A stretch of 64,000 bases of DNA from Bacillota bacterium (GCA_041179705.1 JBEGSW010000060.1:8990-72989), one strand, 5' to 3'. Shown: positions 40,689 through 50,478, counted from the first letter of the stretch. Notes: generated from the letters alone by a model not told the origin. A program made the numbers and translations.

Positions 40689-42425
40689 GTGATTAGCCAA
40701 CTGTCATGGAAAATCGGTGGACAGCAAGGTGAAGGTTTAGAGTCTACAGATCGTATTTTTTCTACTGCATTAAATCGTCAAGGATATCATTTATATGGTT
40801 ATCGTCATTTTTCGTCACGAATCAAAGGCGGACACACGAACAATAAAATTCGTATTAGTACAACGCCGTTACGTTCTATTTCAGACGACTTAGATATTTT
40901 AGTTGCTTTTGATCAAGAGACAATTGATTTAAATAGTTCTGAGCTTCGTGCAGGCGGTGTTATTATTGCCGATGCTAAATTTGATCCAACTTTACCTGAA
41001 GGCATTCAGGCGCGATTATTTGCTGTTCCATTTACAGGAATCGCTGAAGAATTAGGAACTTCATTAATGAAGAACATGGTTGCTACTGGTGCGTCCGCAG
41101 CTATTTTAGGTATTGATGTAAATGCAATCAAGCAAGTAGTTGAGGAAGAATTTTCTCGTAAAGGGCCTGCTGTCGTTGAAAAGAACATGGAAGCAGTTCA
41201 ACGCGGTGCTCAGTTTATATTCGATCAAGCAGGTTCGCCATCTGAAGACTTCAAGTTAGCTCCAGCAGATGGAACTCCGCGATTATTCATGATAGGGAAT
41301 GAAGCCATTGGACTAGGTGCGGTTGCAGCTGGTTGTCGATTTATGCCTGCATATCCAATTACCCCGGCATCTGAAATTATGGAATATTTGGTAAAGAAAT
41401 TGCCGAAATTTGGTGGTACGGTTATCCAGACAGAAGATGAAATTTCTGCTGTAACAATGGCAATTGGTGGTAATTTTGCTGGCGTAAGAACAATGACAGC
41501 ATCTTCTGGTCCTGGTTTATCTCTTATGGTTGAAGCCATTGGATTAGCCGGAATTACTGAGACACCACTTGTAATTGTTAACACGCAACGTGGAGGTCCA
41601 AGTACTGGATTACCGACTAAACAAGAACAAAGTGATGTTAACGCAATGATTTATGGGACGCATGGTGAAATTCCCAAAATCGTCATTGCACCTACAACGA
41701 TCGAAGAATGTTTCTATGATACCGTTGAAGCGTTTAATTTAGCTGAAATTTATCAATGCCCAGTCATTATCCTTACAGATTTACAGTTGTCATTAGGCAA
41801 ACAAACAGCAGATGAACTTGACTACAGCCGTATTCAGATTAACCGTGGCAAATTAGTTACTGAGGCTCCACAACCTGAATCGGAAGGAAAATTATTTAAT
41901 CGCTATGCTTTATCTAAAGATGGAATCTCACCTCGTGTTCTTCCTGGAACAAAGAATGGCATTCATCATGTAACTGGTGTTGAACATGACCAAGAAGGTA
42001 GACCATCTGAAAATACAACAAACCGTCAAAATATGATGGATAAACGTCTATCAAAATTAAACGACATCCAATTTACAAACCCAATCCTTGTTGATTCTCC
42101 AAATGAAGAGGCAGATATTCTGCTTGTTGGCATGAGTTCTAACGGCGGAACAATCGAGGAAGCTCGTCGTCGTCTAGATCAAGAAGGCATCAAGACAAAT
42201 CAAGTGATGGTTCGTTTGATTCATCCTTTCCCAACAAAGGAAATTGCTCCTCATATTGCAAACGCAAAGAAAGTCATTGTGGTTGAAAATAACGCAACTG
42301 GACAATTGGCGGATCAAATTAAGTTGCATGTTGGTTTGCATGATAAGATTCATAACTTATTGAAATATGATGGAAATCCTTTCCTTCCTCAACACATCTA
42401 TACAGCATGTAAGGAGTTGAATTAA
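40689..42425 (+). CDS. korA: 2-oxoacid:ferredoxin oxidoreductase alpha subunit (KorA-like)
   Basis: GTG start after AAGGGGTGG gives (M)ISQLSWKIGGQQGEGLES. Fused gamma/alpha OFOR domains, 578 aa. Confidence 0.9.
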   Translation: MISQLSWKIGGQQGEGLESTDRIFSTALNRQGYHLYGYRHFSSRIKGGHTNNKIRISTTPLRSISDDLDILVAFDQETIDLNSSELRAGGVIIADAKFDPTLPEGIQARLFAVPFTGIAEELGTSLMKNMVATGASAAILGIDVNAIKQVVEEEFSRKGPAVVEKNMEAVQRGAQFIFDQAGSPSEDFKLAPADGTPRLFMIGNEAIGLGAVAAGCRFMPAYPITPASEIMEYLVKKLPKFGGTVIQTEDEISAVTMAIGGNFAGVRTMTASSGPGLSLMVEAIGLAGITETPLVIVNTQRGGPSTGLPTKQEQSDVNAMIYGTHGEIPKIVIAPTTIEECFYDTVEAFNLAEIYQCPVIILTDLQLSLGKQTADELDYSRIQINRGKLVTEAPQPESEGKLFNRYALSKDGISPRVLPGTKNGIHHVTGVEHDQEGRPSENTTNRQNMMDKRLSKLNDIQFTNPILVDSPNEEADILLVGMSSNGGTIEEARRRLDQEGIKTNQVMVRLIHPFPTKEIAPHIANAKKVIVVENNATGQLADQIKLHVGLHDKIHNLLKYDGNPFLPQHIYTACKELN

Positions 42426-42428
42426 TCC

Positions 42429-43295
42429 ATGGCAACTTTTAAAGACTTTAGAAATAATGTAAAGCCTAACTGGTGTCCGGGTTGTGGAGATTTCTCTATT
42501 CAAGCTGCGATTCAACGTGCTGCTGCGAATGTGGGATTAGAACCAGAAGACTTAGCTGTGATTTCAGGAATAGGTTGTTCTGGTCGCATCTCTGGTTATA
42601 TTAATGCATATGGTTTCCATGGTGTTCATGGTCGTTCATTGCCAATCGCGCAGGGGGTTAAGATGGCTAATCGAGAACTAACTGTCATTGCCTCAGGCGG
42701 TGATGGTGATGGATTTGCGATTGGTATGGCACACACTGTTCATGCGATTCGTAGAAACATTAACATGACATATATTGTTATGGATAACCAAATTTATGGA
42801 CTTACAAAAGGTCAAACTTCGCCTCGAAGCGCTGTTGGATTCAAGACAAAGAGCACGCCAGAAGGCTCTATTGAATCTTCTTTGTCACCATTAGAAATTG
42901 CAATGGCGGCAGGAGCAACATTTGTCGCACAATCGTTCTCTAGTAATTTGAAGCAATTGACTCAAGTTATTGAAGAAGGTATTAAACATGAAGGTTTCTC
43001 ATTCATCAACGTCTTTAGCCCGTGTGTTACTTTTAATAAAGTAAATACGTATGATTGGTTTAAAGAGAATATTGTTGATTTAGATGAACAGCCTGATTAC
43101 GATGCAACAAATCGTGTAATGGCAATGTCTAAAATTATGGAGACGAATAGTCTTGCTTGTGGCGTCTTGTATCAGAATAAAGAGCGTCAAAGTTATGAAT
43201 CTTTAGTCACTGGATTTAAAGATGAAGGTTTAGCGAAGCAAGACATAAAAATGGATGAAGCAACTTTCGCGAAATTGGTTGCCGAATTTAGATAA
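42429..43295 (+). CDS. korB: 2-oxoacid:ferredoxin oxidoreductase beta subunit (KorB-like, TPP-binding)
   Basis: WCPGCGDF, GIGCSGR, GGDGDGFAIG, 288 aa. Confidence 0.92.
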   Translation: MATFKDFRNNVKPNWCPGCGDFSIQAAIQRAAANVGLEPEDLAVISGIGCSGRISGYINAYGFHGVHGRSLPIAQGVKMANRELTVIASGGDGDGFAIGMAHTVHAIRRNINMTYIVMDNQIYGLTKGQTSPRSAVGFKTKSTPEGSIESSLSPLEIAMAAGATFVAQSFSSNLKQLTQVIEEGIKHEGFSFINVFSPCVTFNKVNTYDWFKENIVDLDEQPDYDATNRVMAMSKIMETNSLACGVLYQNKERQSYESLVTGFKDEGLAKQDIKMDEATFAKLVAEFR

Positions 43296-43306
43296 AGATG
43301 ACTATA

Positions 43307-43352
43307 ATAGGTTTGGCTATTGTGAAATTACTAATAGTCAAGCCTATTTTTA
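43307..43352 (+). terminator. Rho-independent terminator after korB
   Basis: ATAGGTTTGGCTATT-gtgaaattact-AATAGTCAAGCCTAT (15 bp including 2 G-U pairs) followed by TTTT. Confidence 0.8.
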
Positions 43353-43379
43353 TTAATATTGAAGGGTAGATGTATAAAT

Positions 43380-43949
43380 ATGTATCAAGTTCCAATTGGT
43401 GTTTCCGCTCGTCATATTCATTTGTCTAAAGCACATATTGCTGCCTTATTCGGAGAAGACTATGAATTAACTATCTTTAAAGAATTATCCCAACCGGGTC
43501 AATTTGCAGCAAATGAAACAGTCGCTGTCATTGGACCAAAAGGTCAATTTGCTAAAGTTCGAATACTCGGTCCCGCTCGTGATTTGACGCAATTAGAAGT
43601 GTCTCGAACGGATTCCTTCTCACTGGGCATTAATGCTCCTGTAAGAGAATCAGGTAACGTTGCAGGTTCAGCCGGCATTAAAATAGTAGGACCGCATGGA
43701 GAGGTAGATATCGAAGAAGGTGTAATTGTTGCAGCCCGTCATATTCATTTCCATCCATCTGATGCTGAGAAAATGGGGATCAAAAACAAAGATGTGTTGC
43801 GTGTTCGCTTGAATGGTGAGCGTCCACTTACATTTGATGATGTTGTTGCGCGTGTTCATCATACGTATGCACTAGATTTTCATATTGATACTGATGAAGC
43901 AAATGCAGCTGGTGTCAAAAACGGCGATTTTGCAGAAATTATAAAATAA
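43380..43949 (+). CDS. pduL: Phosphate propanoyl/acyl-transferase PduL family
   Basis: 189 aa with duplicated PduL half-domains (PIGVSARHIHLS and VAARHIHFHPSD), HIDTDEANAAG. No N-terminal encapsulation extension. Confidence 0.88.
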   Translation: MYQVPIGVSARHIHLSKAHIAALFGEDYELTIFKELSQPGQFAANETVAVIGPKGQFAKVRILGPARDLTQLEVSRTDSFSLGINAPVRESGNVAGSAGIKIVGPHGEVDIEEGVIVAARHIHFHPSDAEKMGIKNKDVLRVRLNGERPLTFDDVVARVHHTYALDFHIDTDEANAAGVKNGDFAEIIK

Positions 43950-43958
43950 TAACAATTC

Positions 43959-44016
43959 GAAGAATCAGGGATATGTGCATGTTTAACGTGGCACATGTTC
44001 GTGATTCTTTTGTGTT
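43959..44016 (+). terminator. Terminator after pduL
   Basis: GAAGAATCA...ATGTGC / GCACAT...TGATTCTT two-helix hairpin followed by TTTGTGTTT. Confidence 0.7.
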
Positions 44017-44018
44017 TA

Positions 44019-44027
44019 TGATATAAT
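44019..44027 (+). promoter_or_regulatory. Extended -10 promoter element for miaB
   Basis: TGaTATAAT perfect extended -10, 42 nt upstream of the miaB ATG. Confidence 0.55.
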
Positions 44028-44068
44028 TTATCCTTGTGTACGGGATTTGCGATGAAAGGAAGACTTGA

Positions 44069-45625
44069 ATGAGCAAGGAAACAAAAGACTACTCAAGTTA
44101 TTTTAATGGTACGTATAAAGTGCTGGATGAAAATGATGAACGTACTAAACTTCGCGTCGAAGGACGTGAAATTTCAATATATAGTTCACCTGACTATCGA
44201 CAAGAAAAACAACGCGGAAAAGAAGAGATTGCCGTTCATTATCAGTATGATTTGCCTGAAGAACTTAGATCTTTTGGGAATGGTAAGCTATATCACATCG
44301 CGACATATGGCTGTCAAATGAATGAACATGATACAGAGACCTTAAAGGGGATCTTCGAATCGATGGGATTTTTATGGACAGATCATCGCGAAATAGCTAG
44401 CGTAATCCTATTGAATACATGTGCGGTTCGTGAAAATGCCGAGGATAAGGTGTTTGGGGAACTCGGTCATTTAAAGAAATTGAAACTTGAAAATCCAGAA
44501 TTATTATTAGGCGTCTGTGGTTGTATGTCACAAGAGGAATCTGTTGTGCAACGTATTCTTCAAAAGTATGCATTCGTCGATCTGATCTTTGGCACGCATA
44601 ATATTCATCGCTTACCATTTTTGTTAAAAGATGCTTATTTTAATAAAGAACTAGTGGTAGAGGTATGGTCTAAAGAAGGCGACATCATCGAAAATTTACC
44701 TAAGAAACGAGAAGGTTTAAAAGCATGGGTTAATATCATGTACGGATGTGATAAGTTTTGTACGTATTGCATTGTTCCTTTTACACGTGGCAAAGAACGT
44801 AGTCGACGACCTGAGGATGTGATTGCAGAAATCCGTGAGTTAGCTCGACAAGGCTTTAAAGAAATTATGTTACTTGGGCAAAATGTCAACGCATATGGGA
44901 AGGATTTTGAGGACAGGCAATACAGATTAGGGCATTTGTTAGATGATGTTCGTAAAATTGCTATACCGAGAGTTCGGTTTACGACCAGTCATCCGCGTGA
45001 TTTTGATGAACACCTCATTAATGTGTTAGCAAAAGGCGGAAATCTCGTTGAACACATTCACTTGCCAGTTCAATCAGGAAGTACCGAAGTGCTAAAGCGA
45101 ATGGCTCGTAAATATACAAGAGAGCAATATCTTGCGCTTGTAACTAAAATTAAAAACGCGATTCCGAATGTCGTACTTTCCACAGATATTATTGTAGGTT
45201 TCCCTGGTGAAACGGATGAACAATTTGCAGAGACATTGTCACTTGTGAGGGAAGTAGGCTATGATATGGGATATTCCTTTATTTATTCTCCACGTGAAGG
45301 TACACCAGCAATTTCGATGGCTGATGATATCTCGGATGAGGTGAAGAAACAGCGCTTGCATCTCCTTAATGAAGTGATGGCTGAGAATGCGTTAAAAGGC
45401 AATTTACGTTTAAAAGATGAAATCGTTGAGGTATTGGTTGAAGGGCCGAGTAATCGGAATCCGAATGTATTAGCGGGTAGGACGCGAACGAACAAATTAG
45501 TACTTTTTGATGGTCATTCTGATTTAATTGGTACATTTGTAAATTTAAAAATTATCGAGGCACAAACCTGGTTATTACGAGGTGAACTGGTGTCTACATT
45601 CGAAGGAGCGATAAACAATGGGTGA
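44069..45625 (+). CDS. miaB: tRNA-i6A37 methylthiotransferase MiaB
   Basis: 518 aa, [12 protein letters not shown], radical-SAM [16 protein letters not shown] domain. Confidence 0.95.
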   Translation: MSKETKDYSSYFNGTYKVLDENDERTKLRVEGREISIYSSPDYRQEKQRGKEEIAVHYQYDLPEELRSFGNGKLYHIATYGCQMNEHDTETLKGIFESMGFLWTDHREIASVILLNTCAVRENAEDKVFGELGHLKKLKLENPELLLGVCGCMSQEESVVQRILQKYAFVDLIFGTHNIHRLPFLLKDAYFNKELVVEVWSKEGDIIENLPKKREGLKAWVNIMYGCDKFCTYCIVPFTRGKERSRRPEDVIAEIRELARQGFKEIMLLGQNVNAYGKDFEDRQYRLGHLLDDVRKIAIPRVRFTTSHPRDFDEHLINVLAKGGNLVEHIHLPVQSGSTEVLKRMARKYTREQYLALVTKIKNAIPNVVLSTDIIVGFPGETDEQFAETLSLVREVGYDMGYSFIYSPREGTPAISMADDISDEVKKQRLHLLNEVMAENALKGNLRLKDEIVEVLVEGPSNRNPNVLAGRTRTNKLVLFDGHSDLIGTFVNLKIIEAQTWLLRGELVSTFEGAINNG

Positions 45626-46073
45626 AAGTTGTAATTTAGGACACGAACATTCGCATGATATGAAGTTTTATAACTCAAAGGATTTAGTTGTTCGCGAAGA
45701 TATCATGGCGAAAGCCAAAGAATTAGCTGCATTATTAACGACTTCTGAAGAGGTAATTACCTATCAACAGGCTGAAAAAAACATTCAAGAAAACGAACGA
45801 ATTCAAACGCTTATTGCTTCAATCAAGAAAAAACAGAAAGAAATCGTTGGCTTTGAATACTTTAAAAATGAGCAAATGGTAAAAAAAATCGAAGGTGAAA
45901 TTGAATCACTACAAGACGAATTAGATAGCATTCCAATTGTTCAGCAGTTCCAACAAACACAAACTGATATCAATTACTTATTACAGCTCGTTGTTGATGT
46001 CTTAAAGGATACATTATCTGAAAAGATTCAAGTAGAAGCAGGTACAGAGGTACCGCCTTCAAAATGTGACTAA
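45618..46073 (+). CDS. ricA: RicA (YmcA) regulatory iron-sulfur complex subunit
   Basis: YmcA-like helical protein ([15 protein letters not shown]...[21 protein letters not shown]) with C-terminal Cys. Follows miaB as in B. subtilis. ATG 45618 has RBS GAAGGAG. Confidence 0.85.
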   Translation: MGESCNLGHEHSHDMKFYNSKDLVVREDIMAKAKELAALLTTSEEVITYQQAEKNIQENERIQTLIASIKKKQKEIVGFEYFKNEQMVKKIEGEIESLQDELDSIPIVQQFQQTQTDINYLLQLVVDVLKDTLSEKIQVEAGTEVPPSKCD

Positions 46074-46080
46074 ATATACA

Positions 46081-46117
46081 AAGCCGCCTTGGAATTCCTT
46101 AGGTGGCTTTTTAATTT
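46081..46117 (+). terminator. Rho-independent terminator after ricA
   Basis: AAGCCGCCT-tggaattcctt-AGGTGGCTT followed by TTTAATTT. Confidence 0.8.
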
Positions 46118-46125
46118 ATCCGCTA

Positions 46126-46134
46126 TGATATAAT
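46126..46134 (+). promoter_or_regulatory. Extended -10 promoter element for the GNAT-HK-RR operon
   Basis: TGaTATAAT, 34 nt upstream of the GNAT ATG. Confidence 0.5.
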
Positions 46135-46167
46135 GACTTTACATATTATAAAGGGTAAGGTGTTTAC

Positions 46168-46710
46168 ATGTATTTGCAAGGTAAATTAATTTATCTTCGT
46201 TATTTCCGTGAAGGCGATGAGTATGATTTGTCGGATTTTCATATTCGAAATCGTGATTATTTCACACAATTTTCTGCTTCCAGGGAAGAACGTTATTTTA
46301 CAGTTTCCTATCAAAGACAATTAATAATTATGTTCACTGAAGATAAACTAGAAGATTCCAGGTATTGTTTGGGTATATTTTTAAATCAAACCCATCAATT
46401 AATTGGTGTGATTTCTTTAAGTGATGTTGCTAGGGGCCCCTTGCAAAACGCATATCTCGGCTATTGTTTGGATCAAATACATGCTGGCAAGGGATATACG
46501 AGTGAGGCTGTAAGACTGCTAACCGATTACGCATTTCAAACGTTGAAACTCCATCGCATTGAAGCAGGAATAATGCCTGCTAACATTGCCTCAATTAGAG
46601 TCCTTGAAAAAAATAGGTTTGAAAAAGAAGGGCTTTGCAAGCGAAACATTAAGATTAATGGTAAATGGGAAGATCACTTTTTGTATGCAAGAATTAACGA
46701 GAATGATTAA
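46168..46710 (+). CDS. GNAT family N-acetyltransferase (RimJ/RimL-like)
   Basis: 180 aa, LGYCLDQIHAGKGYTSEAVRLLTDYAF...LHRIEAGIMPANIASIRVLEKNRFEKEG. Confidence 0.85.
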   Translation: MYLQGKLIYLRYFREGDEYDLSDFHIRNRDYFTQFSASREERYFTVSYQRQLIIMFTEDKLEDSRYCLGIFLNQTHQLIGVISLSDVARGPLQNAYLGYCLDQIHAGKGYTSEAVRLLTDYAFQTLKLHRIEAGIMPANIASIRVLEKNRFEKEGLCKRNIKINGKWEDHFLYARINEND

Positions 46711-46726
46711 GTAGGTGAAGAATTAT

Positions 46727-47542
46727 ATGAGGACACGATTAATTCAACTATTAATTATATTTATCCCTTCATTTGTCATCGGATTTTGGGAGTATTTTAG
46801 ACATGAATATTTGCTATTTATCCTTACTATGGAACAGGGAAACTGGTTAGCACCAATAATTGTATTGATTGTCACATTAATCTTCGCAACGCCATTATTT
46901 AAGCGATTAGAATACACACAAAAAGAATTAAATGTTGTATCAAAAACGAAAGTTCAATTGGAAGAACGCGAAAAAATAGCCCAAGAATTACATGACGGCA
47001 TCGCACAATCAATTTTTCTTCTTTCTGTGAAATTAGATAAATTAGAACGCGAATTTGGCATAAGTGCTCCTTCTCAAGAACTTCGTAAGACGATTCATCA
47101 AATAAATGACTATGTTAGAGACTCGATCGTTAATTTGAGGGCTCCTATCCAAGAAAATTCCGATCATCTTGAAGATTCGCTTGCGATATTGATAAATAAT
47201 TTCAAAAAAGAAACGGGATTCGAAGTTCAATTTGACTGGAATATATATGAAAAGTGGCTTTCACCTAAAGAACAGTCGGTGGCACTTGCCGTTGTTAGAG
47301 AAGGGTTATTTAACGTAAGGAAACATTCCAATGGTTCAATCGTGACCATACGCACTGCGGGCAACCAAAATCAGTGGTCAATAATTATCGAAGATAATGG
47401 TCTGATTTTTAACACTGACACAAACAGAATTTATGATCAATTCGGAATAAAAATGTTAAGTGAACGATGTGAAGAAGTAAGTTGGAAGATTGAATTAGTT
47501 CATTTACAAGGATGTACAAAGCTCATCGTTTCGAAAGGGTAG
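46727..47542 (+). CDS. Sensor histidine kinase, HisKA_3 (NarL/LiaS-type), minimal two-TM input
   Basis: Two N-terminal TM helices with a ~15 aa loop. H-box AQELHDGIAQSIF, N-box REGLFNVRKHS, IEDNG. ATG 46727 preferred over GTG 46715. Confidence 0.85.
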   Translation: MRTRLIQLLIIFIPSFVIGFWEYFRHEYLLFILTMEQGNWLAPIIVLIVTLIFATPLFKRLEYTQKELNVVSKTKVQLEEREKIAQELHDGIAQSIFLLSVKLDKLEREFGISAPSQELRKTIHQINDYVRDSIVNLRAPIQENSDHLEDSLAILINNFKKETGFEVQFDWNIYEKWLSPKEQSVALAVVREGLFNVRKHSNGSIVTIRTAGNQNQWSIIIEDNGLIFNTDTNRIYDQFGIKMLSERCEEVSWKIELVHLQGCTKLIVSKG

Positions 47543-47546
47543 GTAT

Positions 47547-48194
47547 ATGGACAACTTAAAAGTATTGTTAGTCGACGATCATGCACATGCCAGAGAGGGG
47601 ATGAGAGATATTCTTAACTTACATCCTCTTTTTGATGTTGTTGGTGAAGCTACACATGGCTTGGAAGCAATTGCATTTGTTGAACGATTAATGCCTGATT
47701 TAATCTTAATGGACATTAAAATGAAAGAATTAGATGGGCTTGAAACGACAAAAATAATTAAAGAAAAATATCCTTATATTAAAATTGTAATCGTTACAGT
47801 TTCGGATGATATTTCTCATTTATTTGAGGCGATAAAAAGAGGGGCTCAAGGTTATTTATTAAAAAATCTTCATCCTTCTACATGGATTGAATATCTAGTT
47901 GCCATCGCAAATGACGAAGCGCCGATGTCTAAGGAACTTGCGTTCCAAATCCTTAGTGAATTCAATCAATCAACAACTCAAAATCAGGATTTCACCATAT
48001 TAACGAGTAGAGAGCAAGATATACTCCGATTAGTCGCACAAGGGCTTGCTAACAAACAGATTGCAGAAGCTTTAGTTATTTCTGAACACACCGTTAAAAA
48101 CCATTTAAAAAACATCATGCAAAAACTACATGTTGAAAATCGCGTATTATTGACGAAGTATGCTTTTGAATCTGGTCTTATGAATCCAAATTAG
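47547..48194 (+). CDS. Response regulator, NarL/LuxR family
   Basis: REC domain (LLVDDH...ILMDIKM), C-terminal LuxR HTH LTSREQDILRLVAQGLANKQIAEALVISEHTVKNH. Confidence 0.92.
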   Translation: MDNLKVLLVDDHAHAREGMRDILNLHPLFDVVGEATHGLEAIAFVERLMPDLILMDIKMKELDGLETTKIIKEKYPYIKIVIVTVSDDISHLFEAIKRGAQGYLLKNLHPSTWIEYLVAIANDEAPMSKELAFQILSEFNQSTTQNQDFTILTSREQDILRLVAQGLANKQIAEALVISEHTVKNHLKNIMQKLHVENRVLLTKYAFESGLMNPN

Positions 48195-48214
48195 CCCTTT
48201 TGGGCTTTTTTTGT
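48193..48214 (+). terminator. Rho-independent terminator after the response regulator
   Basis: AGCCC-tttt-GGGCT followed by TTTTTTT. Confidence 0.75.
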
Positions 48215-48254
48215 TTAACTTTTGTTAAATATAAGTAAATATTTATATAAATTA

Positions 48255-48283
48255 TTGATTATATAAGTATATCGTTATATATT
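48255..48283 (+). promoter_or_regulatory. Candidate ars operon promoter, embedded in AT-rich repeats (likely ArsR operator region)
   Basis: TTGATT, 17 nt spacer, TATATT. TATAAGTA occurs twice (direct repeat) in the 48228-48275 region. Confidence 0.45.
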
Positions 48284-48304
48284 TGATTTGAAGGTGGTGA
48301 CAAA

Positions 48305-48622
48305 TTGGATATTAGTATCGAAATTTTATCTGAACGGTTTAAGTTATTAGGCGACAAGACACGATTATCCATATTAGCGTTACTTCGTGAACGAGATATG
48401 TGCGTCTGCGAATTTGTCGAGGTTTTACACTGTTCTCAGCCAGGCGTAAGCCAACATCTAAAAAAACTTAAACAAGCAAATTTAGTAAGAGAATATCGAA
48501 AAGGTCATTGGATTTACTATCAATTAAATAAAGAAGAAATTCCTGAGTTGACTATATACATGGTCGATATTCCGAATCTTAAAAAATACATTGATCAAGA
48601 ACAAGTGGAATGTGAGGCTTAA
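48305..48622 (+). CDS. arsR: ArsR/SmtB family metalloregulator
   Basis: 105 aa. Metal-binding CVCEF motif, wHTH VSQHLKKLKQANLV. TTG start after GAAGGTGGTG. Confidence 0.9.
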   Translation: MDISIEILSERFKLLGDKTRLSILALLRERDMCVCEFVEVLHCSQPGVSQHLKKLKQANLVREYRKGHWIYYQLNKEEIPELTIYMVDIPNLKKYIDQEQVECEA

Positions 48623-48625
48623 TTC

Positions 48626-49936
48626 GTGATGACAAATGATTTTCAAATGATTGCAGCAATTGTAATATTTTTGATAACGTTGACACTTGTAATATGGCAA
48701 CCTAAAGGGCTGAGTATTGGTTGGTCTGCAAGTGCAGGAGCAATATTTGCATACCTATTTCAGGTTGTTGATATACAAGACTTCATAACAGTAACAGATA
48801 TTGTATGGAATGCTACAATCACATTCATTGGGATAATAATCATCTCGTTAATACTAGATGAGATTGGATTCTTTGAATGGTCTGCCTTACATGTTGCACA
48901 TTTTGCTCGAGGCAACGGTAAAAAGATGTTCGTGCTAATTATTTTCCTTGGTGCTGCTGTTTCTGCATTATTTGCAAATGATGGGGCGGCACTAATCATG
49001 ACACCAATTGTTCTCGCGATGGTTCGTTCGCTACGCTTCGATGATCGTATGGTGCTTCCGTTTATTATGGCGTCAGGCTTTATCGCTGATACGACTTCGA
49101 CACCTTTTGTCATAAGTAATTTGGTGAATATTGTGTCTGCCGATTTTTTTGAAATTCGCTTTGCAGAATATGCGCTGCATATGATTGTTCCAACTTTATT
49201 TTCACTCTTTGCCAGTTTAGCTGTCCTTTATTTGTACTTCAGAAAAGATATACCTAGTCACTATCGATCTGAAACACTTAAGAAGCCAATTGAAGCGATT
49301 AAGGATTTCCGTTTATTTAAATTGTCTTGGTTTATTTTGGGAATTCTTCTAACTGCTTACTTCATAAGTGGATATGTAAAAATCCCTGTTTCTGTATTCG
49401 CTGTTTTTGCTTCACTAGTATTCTTGCTTGCCTCAGTCAATAGTAAGGCTGTTCATATTCGAGGAATCCTTAAGCATGCACCATGGTCGGTTGTTGTCTT
49501 TTCAATTGGGATGTACGTTGTTGTGTATGGGTTACAAAATGTCGGTTTAACGACGATTCTAGGTAAATTTCTCCAACTCGTTGCAGATAAAGGATTGTTT
49601 GTTTCTACAATCTCAATGGGATTTATTGCAGCAATATTATCCTCTGTAATGAATAATATGCCTACGGTTATGATTGACGCCTTAGCTATAAAATCGGTCA
49701 CAGCGACTGAAACGGTAGAGAAGGGGCTCATCTATGCAAATGTCATAGGTTCTGATTTAGGCCCCAAAATCACGCCTATCGGTTCATTAGCAACATTATT
49801 ATGGTTACATGTGCTCTCCCAAAAAGGAATACGAATTACGTGGGGGTATTATTTTAAAATTGGGATTTTATTAACAGTTCCTACGTTATTTATCACATTA
49901 ATTGGATTATATGTGTGGCTCTTATTAATTAGTTAA
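48626..49936 (+). CDS. arsB: Arsenical pump membrane protein ArsB
   Basis: 436 aa polytopic; [43 protein letters not shown] as in staphylococcal ArsB. Confidence 0.92.
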   Translation: MMTNDFQMIAAIVIFLITLTLVIWQPKGLSIGWSASAGAIFAYLFQVVDIQDFITVTDIVWNATITFIGIIIISLILDEIGFFEWSALHVAHFARGNGKKMFVLIIFLGAAVSALFANDGAALIMTPIVLAMVRSLRFDDRMVLPFIMASGFIADTTSTPFVISNLVNIVSADFFEIRFAEYALHMIVPTLFSLFASLAVLYLYFRKDIPSHYRSETLKKPIEAIKDFRLFKLSWFILGILLTAYFISGYVKIPVSVFAVFASLVFLLASVNSKAVHIRGILKHAPWSVVVFSIGMYVVVYGLQNVGLTTILGKFLQLVADKGLFVSTISMGFIAAILSSVMNNMPTVMIDALAIKSVTATETVEKGLIYANVIGSDLGPKITPIGSLATLLWLHVLSQKGIRITWGYYFKIGILLTVPTLFITLIGLYVWLLLIS

Positions 49937-49966
49937 TCACATTAAATATTAAATTTGGAGGAAATT

Positions 49967-50389
49967 ATGTCTAAACAAACAGTTTATTTCTTATGTACAG
50001 GCAACTCTTGTCGCAGTCAAATTGCTGATGGATTTTTAAAGAAGTATGGTTCTGAGAAATATGAAGTATTAAGTGCAGGTCTTGAAGCACATGGTCTTAA
50101 TCCGCGAGCGATTCAAATAATGAAAGAAGTTGGCATTGATATCACGTCACATACATCAGATGTAATCAATCCTGAAATCTTAAATCGCGCTGATTATGTC
50201 ATAACGCTTTGTGGACACGCGGATGAACATTGTCCAGTAATATTAAATAAGAACGTAATAAAATGGCATTGGGGCTTCGAAGATCCTGCAAAAGCGCAAG
50301 GTACTGAAGAAGAAATCATTGCGAAGTTTAGAGAAGTAAGGGATGCAATTGAAACACGTATAAAGGCATTTATGAAAGATGGTATTTAA
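49967..50389 (+). CDS. arsC: Arsenate reductase, thioredoxin-coupled LMW-PTPase type
   Basis: [18 protein letters not shown] (CX5R P-loop) plus the Cys pair in [13 protein letters not shown] follows GGAGGA. Confidence 0.93.
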   Translation: MSKQTVYFLCTGNSCRSQIADGFLKKYGSEKYEVLSAGLEAHGLNPRAIQIMKEVGIDITSHTSDVINPEILNRADYVITLCGHADEHCPVILNKNVIKWHWGFEDPAKAQGTEEEIIAKFREVRDAIETRIKAFMKDGI

Positions 50390-50405
50390 ACCATCTTTCT
50401 TTTAT
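50377..50405 (+). terminator. Terminator of the ars operon (stop codon in loop)
   Basis: AGATGGT-atttaa-ACCATCT followed by TTCTTTTAT. Confidence 0.6.
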
Positions 50406-50454
50406 GTTATAATATATTCACAAAACTCGTATTTTGTACATAAGTATGAATCAA

Positions 50455-50478
50455 ATAAAAAAGACTCTTTTGAGCCTT
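50455..50478 (-). terminator. Terminator of the minus-strand kinase gene
   Basis: Minus strand reads GGCTC-aaaa-GAGTC (one G-U pair) followed by TTTTTTATTT. Confidence 0.5.

Noticed and set aside
43380-43949. PduL considered as a marker of a bacterial microcompartment locus.
   Set aside because: There are no shell (BMC-H/T/P) or signature enzyme genes within the window. The gene is monocistronic between two terminators and lacks an encapsulation peptide.
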